From positions 1-28,791 of IMG/VR virus record IMGVR_UViG_2534682161_000017: a DNA stretch of 28,791 bases. One strand, 5' to 3'. This document shows, piece after piece, positions 9,768-16,867 of the stretch. The notes beneath the pieces are model-generated. The model was not told where the DNA came from and did no database searches. It worked only from the letters and a program-made list of their open reading frames with translations. The DNA is from a virus. Taxonomy: Duplodnaviria; Heunggongvirae; Uroviricota; Caudoviricetes. Position 1 is the first letter of the stretch. Each line of letters begins with the position of its first letter. The translations under genes and the position numbers were made by a program.

Positions 9768-9846
9768 GAATATCTCCTTCGTTACCGATTAATTCTTTCA
9801 TCTGACGAATGAATTCTTCGTCTGACCAGTTATCTGTAAAACTCAT
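9688..9846 (-). CDS. Hypothetical micro-protein (52 aa)
   Basis: Found by hand: MSFTDNWSDEEFIRQMKELIGNEGDIHVTCNHREGEQVTETHVHAESSLVSP. Its ATG overlaps the upstream stop (ATGA). Confidence 0.4.
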   Translation of the reverse strand: MSFTDNWSDEEFIRQMKELIGNEGDIHVTCNHREGEQVTETHVHAESSLVSP

Positions 9847-9995
9847 TTCCTGCGATACCACGGAATGTTGATAGCTGATTTCATCGCTTTATTTGCTTCA
9901 AGCCACATTTTGGAATCACCAATAAATCTGGCTATTACTGCTTTGTTCTGTGCAGCACGAAGCATATGGTGATTGATGGCTATTTCATTGCGCAT
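9843..9995 (-). CDS. Hypothetical micro-protein (50 aa)
   Basis: Found by hand: MRNEIAINHHMLRAAQNKAVIARFIGDSKMWLEANKAMKSAINIPWYRRK, with a GAGGT Shine-Dalgarno. Confidence 0.45.
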   Translation of the reverse strand: MRNEIAINHHMLRAAQNKAVIARFIGDSKMWLEANKAMKSAINIPWYRRK

Positions 9996-10111
9996 AATAG
10001 GACCTCAACTCTTTTCCATCCGTCACGTAATTTACGGGTGATTCGTTCAAGTAAAGATTCATTTAGTTGGAAGGCACCCATGCGAGCGCCTCCCGCGATT
10101 GCGTAAATCAT
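9980..10111 (-). CDS. Hypothetical micro-protein (43 aa)
   Basis: Found by hand: MIYAIAGGARMGAFQLNESLLERITRKLRDGWKRVEVLLCAMK, with an AAGGAA Shine-Dalgarno. Confidence 0.4.
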   Translation of the reverse strand: MIYAIAGGARMGAFQLNESLLERITRKLRDGWKRVEVLLCAMK

Positions 10112-10135
10112 GGGTGGTTCCTTATGTTGGTTTTA

Positions 10136-11104
10136 TTAGTAGGTTATTTTTGTTGCGAATACTTCGCCTTTTACGATGGCTGTTATGATATTTTTAGCAA
10201 CATCTTCTGATGCGCCAACCTTGATAAGGTCAGCAAGTATTTTGTTATTTACTTCTTTCCGGTGAGCTTTATCCTTTGCTCTGTGCTCTTCTTCGTCCTT
10301 GATTCTTTTTTCTTCTGCGATTCTGGCTTGCTCTTTTGCTTCAGCCTCGCGACGGATTCGTTCAGCCTCCTCCTGTGCTTTTCTGCGTTCTGCTTCAATT
10401 GCTGCCTGCTTTTCTCTTTCAGCTCGTTCTGCTGCCTCTTTTGCTTCGCGCTGTGCTCGTTGCTCGGCCTCAATGCGTTCACGCTCTGCACGTTCCGCTG
10501 CGGCCTTAGCTTCTGCTTCTCGCCTTGCGGCTGCTTCAATTTCGGCTTTTGCCTTTGCTTCGGCTTCTGCTCTTGCTTTCTCTTCAGCTTCTCTTTTTAA
10601 GCGTTCTTCATGCTCTCGCTTTTCCTGCTCAGCTTTGAGTCTTGCCTCTTCTCTTTGGCGGTCAAATTCGCGATCCATCAAAATCGCTATTTCATGGTCA
10701 GACTCAATTTGCTTTGCGAGAGCTTCAGCTGCTGCCTTAGCTTCTTCTTCGGCTTTAATCCGCGCCTGTTCTTCCTCATAATCAGTAAGAGGCTGGCGTG
10801 CCTTGGCTTTCAGCTCATCAAGGCGATCGCGCACTGTCTTGCGGTTGGCATCAATTAGCTTTGGAATTTCCTTCAGTTCAGCAACAAGGTCTTTGCCAAG
10901 ACCATCGAGATATGTTTTCGTCTGCGCAACTTTATACGCCAGAGAAGCGATCTCCTTTCTGCCCTTTGCCGTTGTGATATCAGGCACAAAGGACATAACT
11001 TCACGTTCAACCTTTTGAAGGATTTCTTCAATCTGGTCGGCAGACTGAAATACAGTCATTGCATTTGCTTTTTCAATAACAACTAAATCTGTTACTTCAC
11101 TCAT
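10136..11104 (-). CDS. Coiled-coil protein with a long Glu/Ala/Arg/Lys-rich repeat region (322 aa from the supported start)
   Basis: Start at 11104 (MSEVTDLVVIEK) has a GGAGGA Shine-Dalgarno; the track start at 11158 would cover the terminator. The central ~180 aa are low-complexity EAKAKAEAE/RREAEAK repeats. The family is unknown. Confidence 0.6.
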   Translation of the reverse strand: MSEVTDLVVIEKANAMTVFQSADQIEEILQKVEREVMSFVPDITTAKGRKEIASLAYKVAQTKTYLDGLGKDLVAELKEIPKLIDANRKTVRDRLDELKAKARQPLTDYEEEQARIKAEEEAKAAAEALAKQIESDHEIAILMDREFDRQREEARLKAEQEKREHEERLKREAEEKARAEAEAKAKAEIEAAARREAEAKAAAERAERERIEAEQRAQREAKEAAERAEREKQAAIEAERRKAQEEAERIRREAEAKEQARIAEEKRIKDEEEHRAKDKAHRKEVNNKILADLIKVGASEDVAKNIITAIVKGEVFATKITY

Positions 11105-11116
11105 ATATCCTCCATC

Positions 11117-11145
11117 AAAAAAATTGCCCTCACACTGGAGGGCAA
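11117..11145 (-). terminator. Intrinsic terminator (tL1-like) between the post-N gene and the downstream early-left genes
   Basis: Perfect 8-bp stem TTGCCCTC/GAGGGCAA with a 6-nt loop, followed on the minus strand by U7. Confidence 0.7.
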
Positions 11146-11247
11146 AGAAGATTTCCAATAATCAGAACAAGTCGGCTCCTGTTTAGTTACGAGCGACATT
11201 GCTCCGTGTATTCACTCGTTGGAATGAATACACAGTGCTTACTCGTA

Positions 11248-11718
11248 CTAATAAAATACCCAATTTTCTGTTTCTTGGTTGTGCCCAAAGTTATATTCAA
11301 TATCTGGTGTTGATGTATCAATATTCTTCATCCCATCAACAAGAGTTGATACAACAGCCAAATCTTGTTTGATTCTCATTAAATGGTATTTCTTCCGGCG
11401 CAATAAACTCTCAATGGCAAGTTTCTTCGTTGGGAATGCAAAAGATCTTTCTGCATTTTTTGCTACTTTCTTAATTGCATATCTATTTCTCCTTTGTTTC
11501 CATTCCTGTAACCACTGATTTGGTGCTGGTTTAAAATTAACAATCCAATGCGCAGGAACCAACCATGCATAATGCTCTGTCTGATGAAAAGCTATATATT
11601 GAAGTGCTAATATTTTGATTCCATCTTCTTCAACTGTCGCCTGGAATCTCCAGAAAACAGGCATTCCCTCATGTTCAGTTTCTGATTCAGGAAAAGGTAC
11701 GCTCCATGATATTGTCAT
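11248..11718 (-). CDS. Hypothetical accessory protein immediately downstream of N (156 aa), AT-rich
   Basis: ORF with a GAGGTGAG Shine-Dalgarno, starting 8 nt after the N stop. Its base composition is visibly more AT-rich than its neighbours. No recognisable motif. Confidence 0.6.
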   Translation of the reverse strand: MTISWSVPFPESETEHEGMPVFWRFQATVEEDGIKILALQYIAFHQTEHYAWLVPAHWIVNFKPAPNQWLQEWKQRRNRYAIKKVAKNAERSFAFPTKKLAIESLLRRKKYHLMRIKQDLAVVSTLVDGMKNIDTSTPDIEYNFGHNQETENWVFY

Positions 11719-11726
11719 ATCTCACC

Positions 11727-12032
11727 TCAATCGTAATAAGCTGGAATTGATTTTCCGCGTTGCTTCTGGCGGCCTGAGCATGTCACACCCATTTCACTCC
11801 GTGGCTTTCGGTAGTAAATACGGTTCTGTTTACGCTCGACTTCTTCTACCTTCTTGCAGCGAAGGCTTCCGAGTGATGCTGCTTTATCTGCTCTGACGCA
11901 ACCAGAGAGCTTTAGCGCAATCTTTCGCGCCAGTCGCTGTTCTTGCATTGCCTGTTCACGTTGAGCCTGCCTGCGTGCTCTGCGGCGATTTCTGGCGTTA
12001 TCGTCAGCCAGATATGTAATGACTACTGCCAT
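11727..12032 (-). CDS. N: N-like transcription antiterminator (101 aa)
   Basis: Arginine-rich N-terminal motif (DDNARNRRRARRQAQ) and a C-terminus (RIYYRKPRSEMGVTCSGRQKQRGKSIP) resembling lambda N (...GITCSGRQKIKGKSIPLI). It has a GGAGGT Shine-Dalgarno and is the first gene after pL and nutL. Confidence 0.85.
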   Translation of the reverse strand: MAVVITYLADDNARNRRRARRQAQREQAMQEQRLARKIALKLSGCVRADKAASLGSLRCKKVEEVERKQNRIYYRKPRSEMGVTCSGRQKQRGKSIPAYYD

Positions 12033-12139
12033 GTTGACCTCCGATGATTGACTTTGGCGGTGACGCGCCGGGTGCTTATCTTCCGGTTGCCGTCGTGCAG
12101 CTGCACTTCACGTCACCCCAAAGCCAACTACTCTTTGGT

Positions 12140-12181
12140 TCCCGCATTTCGGCGGGACAATCCCATCAATGTTAAAGAGCC
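12140..12181 (-). promoter_or_regulatory. nutL: nutL: boxA-like GGCTCTTTAAC plus a boxB hairpin (UCCCGC-CGAAAU-GCGGGA)
   Basis: The same boxB hairpin recurs at nutR. boxA is close to the CGCTCTTTAA consensus. It lies in the N leader. Confidence 0.7.
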
Positions 12182-12226
12182 TGCCAATCTGTTCCGTTTG
12201 GCTACCAGCTTCCTGCTGATGGCTTA

Positions 12227-12311
12227 AAGATAACTTAGGTTATAGGTGTGGTCAATAACCTAATTTATATTTTGTGGTAAATAAGTTATAAGTGATGGAT
12301 AACAAAGGTAT
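12227..12311 (-). promoter_or_regulatory. pL promoter with OL operators
   Basis: On the minus strand, -35 TTGACC (12250..12255) and -10 TATCTT (12227..12232) with a 17-bp spacer. Operator palindromes are ATAACTTAGGTTAT (12230..12243), ATAACCTAATTTAT (12255..12268) and a degenerate third copy (ATAACAAAGGTAT). Confidence 0.65.
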
Positions 12312-12442
12312 TTTATTTTTGTAAATGTTGCTGATTGATTGGTGTTTGAGGGCTTGCGTGCTGGGTGAAGGTGTTACCTTTGGCTTGATGCTTGTCTATG
12401 ATGAGGATGGTTGATTGGATGGTGAACGGCAGGGAAAGAAAA

Positions 12443-12468
12443 ACCCGGCGCTGAGGCCGGGTGTTTTT
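12443..12468. terminator. Bidirectional intrinsic terminator after the cI operon
   Basis: AAAAACCCGGCGCTGAGGCCGGGTGTTTTT: a GC stem flanked by an A-run and a T-run, at the stop of the 98-aa gene. Confidence 0.7.
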
Positions 12469-12763
12469 AGTCCTTTCTGTTGCTTAGCATTTCGTCGATT
12501 TCTAAGTCAATACGATATTGATCTATTGATTTTCTCTCGTTTGGGGTTGGTATTTTATACTGTTCAATTAGATCTGTTGTGTATTTTATTTCATCTAATG
12601 TGATTTTTATATCAGAGAGAATCTCTTTTATATCAATTAGATGCTCTTCTTCTTTTGCGCGATTAGAGCTATGTTCAATCATTTGAGATAGCTTTTTGCT
12701 AATGCTTAGCAAAACAAAAAGAATGATGACCAAAACAACAACAAAAACTATCAGAAATTCCAT
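12467..12763 (-). CDS. Small single-pass membrane protein encoded downstream of cI (98 aa), AT-rich
   Basis: N-terminal hydrophobic helix (FLIVFVVVLVIILFVLLSI) followed by a charged helical region. It has a GGAGG Shine-Dalgarno, is co-oriented with cI, and is followed by a terminator. Its base composition is markedly AT-rich. Confidence 0.65.
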   Translation of the reverse strand: MEFLIVFVVVLVIILFVLLSISKKLSQMIEHSSNRAKEEEHLIDIKEILSDIKITLDEIKYTTDLIEQYKIPTPNERKSIDQYRIDLEIDEMLSNRKD

Positions 12764-12803
12764 TATCCCTCCGCACTTCCGTAAGTCTTCTTCTGATTAT
12801 CGG

Positions 12804-13511
12804 TTACCAACTATGAGACGACCAGAATACTCTGCCAATAATCCTTACGGTTTCATGAAATTCATCTCTATCCATTACTTCATCCGGGTACTCTTCGCGA
12901 TTTATTGATCTGATTATCACCGATGTAGGGGTGGCGATTAATGTTTTTACTCGTAACAAATCAGACTGGCAAATAGCGTAGGTTTTACCATCTCTGATTG
13001 TGGTATCTTGCGTGTTAACACCAACAACATCGCCATCGTGAAGCGTAGGTTCCATGCTTTGCCCTACAACCCTAACTAGCTTGGCTGATCTTTCAGATAC
13101 TCCCATCTTTTTCAGATAGTGCTTTCTGAAAACCAAAGAGAACTCCGATGATTCCTCTAGCTCGCAGCTACCGCTTCCAGCTGAAAGCGAAACGTTAAGA
13201 AGAGGCAACGCAACAAACTCGTCATCGTTTCTTTTAATGTCTTCCCATACCACAGCTTTTAAAGATGACTCACGGACATTGGATGGTTCTTCATGTGCAC
13301 CATCCCTCATTTCACCAATACCAGAACTAAGCCATTCAGGGCGCACTTTTAAAGCATTGGCTAATTCAACCATCTTGCGAGATCCGTTTGTTTTACCGGA
13401 CGACATCTTCTGTATGGCTGGCTGAGATATTCCAACCATGTCTGCAAGCTGTGATTGTGATACCCCAGCTAAGCTCATGGCTGCATTTAGTCTTTCTGCG
13501 AATGTTTTCAT
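12804..13511 (-). CDS. cI: Prophage repressor, cI-type (helix-turn-helix plus LexA/S24-like autocleavage domain; 235 aa from the supported start)
   Basis: Helix-turn-helix (SQSQLADMVGISQPAIQKM) and a C-terminal S24 peptidase-like domain with GQSMEPT and a downstream Lys. Start moved to MKTFAERL (13511), because the track start at 13541 would overlap the operators. Confidence 0.85.
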   Translation of the reverse strand: MKTFAERLNAAMSLAGVSQSQLADMVGISQPAIQKMSSGKTNGSRKMVELANALKVRPEWLSSGIGEMRDGAHEEPSNVRESSLKAVVWEDIKRNDDEFVALPLLNVSLSAGSGSCELEESSEFSLVFRKHYLKKMGVSERSAKLVRVVGQSMEPTLHDGDVVGVNTQDTTIRDGKTYAICQSDLLRVKTLIATPTSVIIRSINREEYPDEVMDRDEFHETVRIIGRVFWSSHSW

Positions 13512-13523
13512 ACCCACAAATCT

Positions 13524-13599
13524 ATAACTACGGTTATCCAAAGTAAAATAACAAAGGTTATTGCTATTTTTTATAACTTGAGTTATCTTTGGTTATAAT
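13524..13599. promoter_or_regulatory. Three-part right operator with divergent pRM and pR
   Basis: Three 14-bp palindromes: ATAACTACGGTTAT (13524..13537), ATAACAAAGGTTAT (13548..13561) and ATAACTTGAGTTAT (13573..13586), spaced 24-25 bp apart. A TATAAT -10 (13594..13599) precedes cro. Confidence 0.75.
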
Positions 13600-13622
13600 C
13601 AATGACCACAAGAGGTATGCTC

Positions 13623-13847
13623 ATGAATTTAGTAATTCAACGAGCCTTGAAAATTGTCGGTAGCCAAAAGCGCCTTGCCGACAAGTGTGGTGTAACGCAG
13701 CCAGCAGTACACAAATGGCTGAAAGGCGGATTGGTCTCTCCAGAGAAAGTTACCGCCATCGTTAACGCCACTGGAGGGCAGATCAAGGCTTACGAAATTC
13801 GCCCCGATTTGCCACACCTGTTTCCAAAACCGAATCAGGCAGCATAA
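13623..13847 (+). CDS. cro: Cro-like helix-turn-helix repressor (74 aa)
   Basis: Helix-turn-helix QKRLADKCGVTQPAVHKWLK. It is the first gene from pR, with an AGAGG Shine-Dalgarno. The track start at 13602 is less likely. Confidence 0.8.
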   Translation: MNLVIQRALKIVGSQKRLADKCGVTQPAVHKWLKGGLVSPEKVTAIVNATGGQIKAYEIRPDLPHLFPKPNQAA

Positions 13848-13854
13848 GTAACAC

Positions 13855-13898
13855 CGCTCTTTAACAGTCATGGTCCTCATTCCCGCCGAAATGCGGGA
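13855..13898 (+). promoter_or_regulatory. nutR: nutR: boxA CGCTCTTTAA plus a boxB hairpin (UCCCGC-CGAAAU-GCGGGA)
   Basis: boxA at 13855..13864 and the boxB stem-loop at 13881..13898, identical to the nutL boxB on the opposite strand. Confidence 0.75.
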
Positions 13899-13905
13899 AT
13901 ACAAC

Positions 13906-13940
13906 GCGCATAAGTTGATGCGCATAACTTCTTATTTGTT
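13906..13940 (+). terminator. tR1-region hairpin (GCGCAT-AAGTTG-ATGCGC) followed by a T-rich tract
   Basis: A 6-bp stem and T-rich tail between nutR and cII. The function is inferred from position only. Confidence 0.4.
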
Positions 13941-13956
13941 AAGGAAATACTTACAT

Positions 13957-14250
13957 ATGGTTCGTGCAAACAAACGCAACGAGGCTCTAAGAATCGAGAG
14001 TGCGTTGCTTAACAAAATCGCAATGCTTGGAACTGAGAAGACAGCGGAAGCTGTGGGAGTTGATAAGTCGCAGATCAGCAGGTGGAAGAGGGATTGGATT
14101 CCAAAGTTCTCAATGCTGCTTGCTGTTCTTGAATGGGGCGTCGTTGACGACGACATGGCTCGATTGGCACGACAAGTTGCTTCGATTCTCACCAATAAAA
14201 AACGCCCGGCGGCAACCGAGCGTTCTGATCAAATACAAATGGAATTTTAA
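13957..14250 (+). CDS. cII: Transcriptional activator CII (97 aa), lambda type
   Basis: MVRANKRNEALRIESALLNKIAMLGTEKTAEAVGVDKSQISRWKRDWIPKFSMLLAVLEWGVVDDDMARLARQVA...KKRPAATERS matches lambda CII as I recall it. AAGGAAAT Shine-Dalgarno. The track ORF starts upstream in the nutR/tR1 region. Confidence 0.92.
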   Translation: MVRANKRNEALRIESALLNKIAMLGTEKTAEAVGVDKSQISRWKRDWIPKFSMLLAVLEWGVVDDDMARLARQVASILTNKKRPAATERSDQIQMEF

Positions 14251-14272
14251 CAACATCCAACGAGGTAATTAT

Positions 14273-14545
14273 ATGCGAAACAAAGGCTTTAATCCACCTG
14301 ATACACACAAAGAAGCTAAGCGTTTGCGCTTCCTTCGTTCCATTGATGAAAGAACTCAAATCTCTTTTGTGAAAGTTGCCAGAACTGAGCTTCTGAAGGC
14401 TGAGGCGAGGGCGTTGCTCCCGTCTCTACCAAAAGAGGAGGGATATACGTTCATTCCAAACGCATTTCTGGAAAAGCTTCTCAAAGAAGACATATCCGTA
14501 AGTCAGTTTAACGATGTTCTTAAGGTCTTTCGTCAAGGCAGGTAG
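14273..14545 (+). CDS. Hypothetical protein between cII and the replication initiator (90 aa)
   Basis: MRNKGFNPPDTHKEAKRLRFLRSIDERTQISF... with a GAGG Shine-Dalgarno. Lambda has no gene at this position. Confidence 0.55.
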   Translation: MRNKGFNPPDTHKEAKRLRFLRSIDERTQISFVKVARTELLKAEARALLPSLPKEEGYTFIPNAFLEKLLKEDISVSQFNDVLKVFRQGR

Positions 14546-14547
14546 TT

Positions 14548-15222
14548 ATGAGCAATACAGCAAAAATCTACGATTTCAGCGCCGCACACGAGCGCAGGAG
14601 CAACAGGATGGAGAACCAGAAAACTGGTTACATTCCGTTGTACCGGAGCATTCTGAAACAGTCATGGGCGAAAGATGTTTATCTTCGCACCCTGTGGGAA
14701 AACCTTCTCCTGAATGCCGCCAGAAAGCCATACAAAGCGAATTTCAAAGGTCATGAATGGCATCTGCAACCCGGTCAACTGGTTGTGACAGCAGCTGATT
14801 TAGGTCTTCAGTTATGCGACAGGCATGGCAAGCCGGCAAGCCGTGATCAGGTTGAGCGGATGCTTCAGGTTTTTGTGAAAGAGGGGATGATCACCATTGA
14901 TGGAGAGAAGCAAAAAGGTCGTGTGATCACCATCACAAATTACCATGAATACGCTCAAAAAATGGACAATTCACCCGCACATGAAGCCGCACAAACAACC
15001 GCACATGATTCCGCACATGATGAAGCCAGTAATGGTGCGGCTTTCAGCGTACATGCCGCACATGAAAGCGCACATGAAGCCGCACAAACAACCGCACATC
15101 ATGAACAAGAAGGTATTAACAAGAATATAAATAATACCCCCTACCCCCCAATGGGGGAGGCGATGGGCAGGTTAAACCTGAACGTCGCAAGGCAGAACGA
15201 ATCGACTACGAATCCTTCCTGA
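14548..15222 (+). CDS. Replication initiator, lambda O-like N-terminal part, containing the origin iterons; the reading frame ends prematurely
   Basis: The N-terminus MSNTAKIYDF resembles lambda O (MTNTAKILNF). The iteron array is translated as AHEAAQTTAHDSAHDEA... The frame terminates after a non-protein-like tail, and the coding signal continues in another frame. Confidence 0.7.
   Translation: MSNTAKIYDFSAAHERRSNRMENQKTGYIPLYRSILKQSWAKDVYLRTLWENLLLNAARKPYKANFKGHEWHLQPGQLVVTAADLGLQLCDRHGKPASRDQVERMLQVFVKEGMITIDGEKQKGRVITITNYHEYAQKMDNSPAHEAAQTTAHDSAHDEASNGAAFSVHAAHESAHEAAQTTAHHEQEGINKNINNTPYPPMGEAMGRLNLNVARQNESTTNPS
14975..15138. repeat. ori: Replication origin: two clusters of four ~12-bp iterons (CCGCACATGA / CCGCACAAACAA) plus an AT-rich tract (15107..15138)
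   Basis: Direct repeats start at about 14975, 14988, 14999, 15011 and 15056, 15069, 15081, 15092. They are followed by aagaaggtattaacaagaatataaataata, inside the O-like gene as in lambda ori. Confidence 0.7.
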
Positions 15223-15494
15223 ACGCCTACAACACCGAAGTCGGTGACAGACTTCCACACGCTGTTGCGGTCAACGAGAAACGAAAACGCCGCCTGAAGA
15301 AAATCATCCCGCAGCTGAAAACGCCAAACGTGGACGGTTTCAGAGCGTATGTCAGGGCGTTTGTGCATCAGGCCAAGCCGTTTTACTTCGGAGACAACGA
15401 CACGGGCTGGACAGCTGATTTTGATTACCTGTTGAGGGAAGATTCGTTAACGGGAGTACGGGAAGGGAAGTTTGCAGACAGGGGGATTGCATGA
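15135..15494 (+). other. C-terminal coding segment of the replication initiator in the -1 frame (119 codons, no start codon), translationally coupled to the helicase
   Basis: An open frame that is protein-like (…[54 protein letters not shown]…) and contains no ATG. It ends with a TGA that overlaps the helicase ATG. Confidence 0.6.
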
Positions 15495-16867
15495 AACAGG
15501 ATATCGAAGCGAGCGTTATCGGTGGCCTGCTGATTGGTGGATTAACACCAACTGCCAGTGACGTTCTGGCAACGCTGGAGCCGGAAGCGTTTTCAATTCC
15601 GCTCTACCGGAAAGCCTTCGAGGTTATCCGCAAGCAGGCGAGAAACAGAAACCTAATCGACGCGCTGATGGTTGCCGAGGCGTGCGGAGAGGAGCATTTC
15701 ACGTCAATCCTGATGACCAGCAAAAACTGCCCGAGTGCCGCAAACCTGAAGGGATATGCCGGAATGGTCGCGGATAACTTTCACCGCCGTCTGGTGCTGG
15801 AAATCATGGATGAAATGCGTGAACCAATTCAGAGCGGAACCATCGACGCATCGAGTCAGGCGATGGATGAACTTGTAAAGCGTCTTTCAGCCATCAGAAA
15901 GCCCCGTGACGAGGTAAAACCTGTACGGTTATGGGAAATCATTACTGACTACACTGACACGCTTGACAGGCGTCTGAGGAACGGAGAAGAGTCCGATACC
16001 CTGAAGACCGGAATCGAAGAACTTGATGCCATCACCGGAGGGATGAACGCAGAAGACCTGGTGATAATCGCTGCTCGTCCTGGTATGGGGAAAACCGAAC
16101 TGGCGCTGAAGATTGCCGAAGGCGTTGCAAGCCGCGTTATTCCTGGTTATGACGTCCGGCGCGGAGTATTGATTTTCTCGATGGAAATGAGCGCATTGCA
16201 GATTGCAGAGCGAAGCATCGCCAACGCCGGGAGGATGTCGGTTAGCGTGCTGCGAAATCCTGCATCGATGGATGACGAAGGCTGGGCGCGTGTTGCTAAC
16301 GGCATGAGTCAGCTTGCAGATTTGGATGTATGGGTAGTCGATGCCTCGCGGTTATCGGTCGAAGAAATACGCTCAATCGCAGAACGGCACAAACAGGAAA
16401 ATCCAAACCTGTCACTCATCATGGCGGATTATCTTGGCCTGATTGAGAAGCCGAAAGCAGATCGCAACGACCTCGCAATTGCTCACATCTCCGGAAGCCT
16501 GAAGGCGATGGCGAAAGACCTGAAAACGCCTGTTATCTCCCTAAGTCAGCTTTCGCGCGATGTTGAGAAGCGACCAAATAAACGCCCGACAAACGCAGAT
16601 TTGCGTGATTCAGGAAGCATTGAACAGGACGCAGACTCAATCATCATGCTCTATCGGGAAGCGGTATATGACGAGAACAGTAGCGCCGCGCCATTTGCTG
16701 AAATCATCGTGACGAAAAACCGTTTTGGCTCGCTTGGTACGGTTTACCAGCGGTTCTGCAACGGACACTTTGTGGCATGTGACCAGGATGAAGCCAGACA
16801 GATTTGCACAGCATCAAATGCACCTGCTGCGCGTGGCAGACGATATGCACAAGGGGCTGACGTATGA
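15491..16867 (+). CDS. Replicative DNA helicase, DnaB family (458 aa)
   Basis: Walker A motif ARPGMGKT, and an overall DnaB-like C-terminal RecA fold. Confidence 0.92.
   Translation: MKQDIEASVIGGLLIGGLTPTASDVLATLEPEAFSIPLYRKAFEVIRKQARNRNLIDALMVAEACGEEHFTSILMTSKNCPSAANLKGYAGMVADNFHRRLVLEIMDEMREPIQSGTIDASSQAMDELVKRLSAIRKPRDEVKPVRLWEIITDYTDTLDRRLRNGEESDTLKTGIEELDAITGGMNAEDLVIIAARPGMGKTELALKIAEGVASRVIPGYDVRRGVLIFSMEMSALQIAERSIANAGRMSVSVLRNPASMDDEGWARVANGMSQLADLDVWVVDASRLSVEEIRSIAERHKQENPNLSLIMADYLGLIEKPKADRNDLAIAHISGSLKAMAKDLKTPVISLSQLSRDVEKRPNKRPTNADLRDSGSIEQDADSIIMLYREAVYDENSSAAPFAEIIVTKNRFGSLGTVYQRFCNGHFVACDQDEARQICTASNAPAARGRRYAQGADV

Noticed and set aside
10262..10858. Plus-strand ORFs rich in Ser/Ala/Cys/Phe (82-160 aa)
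   Set aside because: They are antisense shadows of the repetitive coiled-coil gene; low-complexity DNA leaves all frames open.
11195..11225. Inverted repeat TGTATTCA...TGAATACA upstream of the tL1-like terminator
   Set aside because: No adjacent U-tract on either strand and no obvious partner motif; possibly a protein-binding site, but unsupported.
12326..12415. Plus-strand 29-codon ORF between pL and the cI-operon terminator (MLLIDWCLRACVLGEGVTFGLMLVYDEDG)
   Set aside because: No Shine-Dalgarno and no clear promoter; it could instead be part of a small antisense RNA ending at the bidirectional terminator, which I cannot establish from sequence alone.
14975..15101. Short direct-repeat array considered as a possible CRISPR array
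   Set aside because: The repeats are about 12 bp with no unique spacers of CRISPR length, and they lie inside a replication-initiator gene; interpreted as origin iterons.
15141..15368. Minus-strand 75-aa ORF
   Set aside because: It is antisense to the protein-like C-terminal frame of the replication initiator and has no Shine-Dalgarno.
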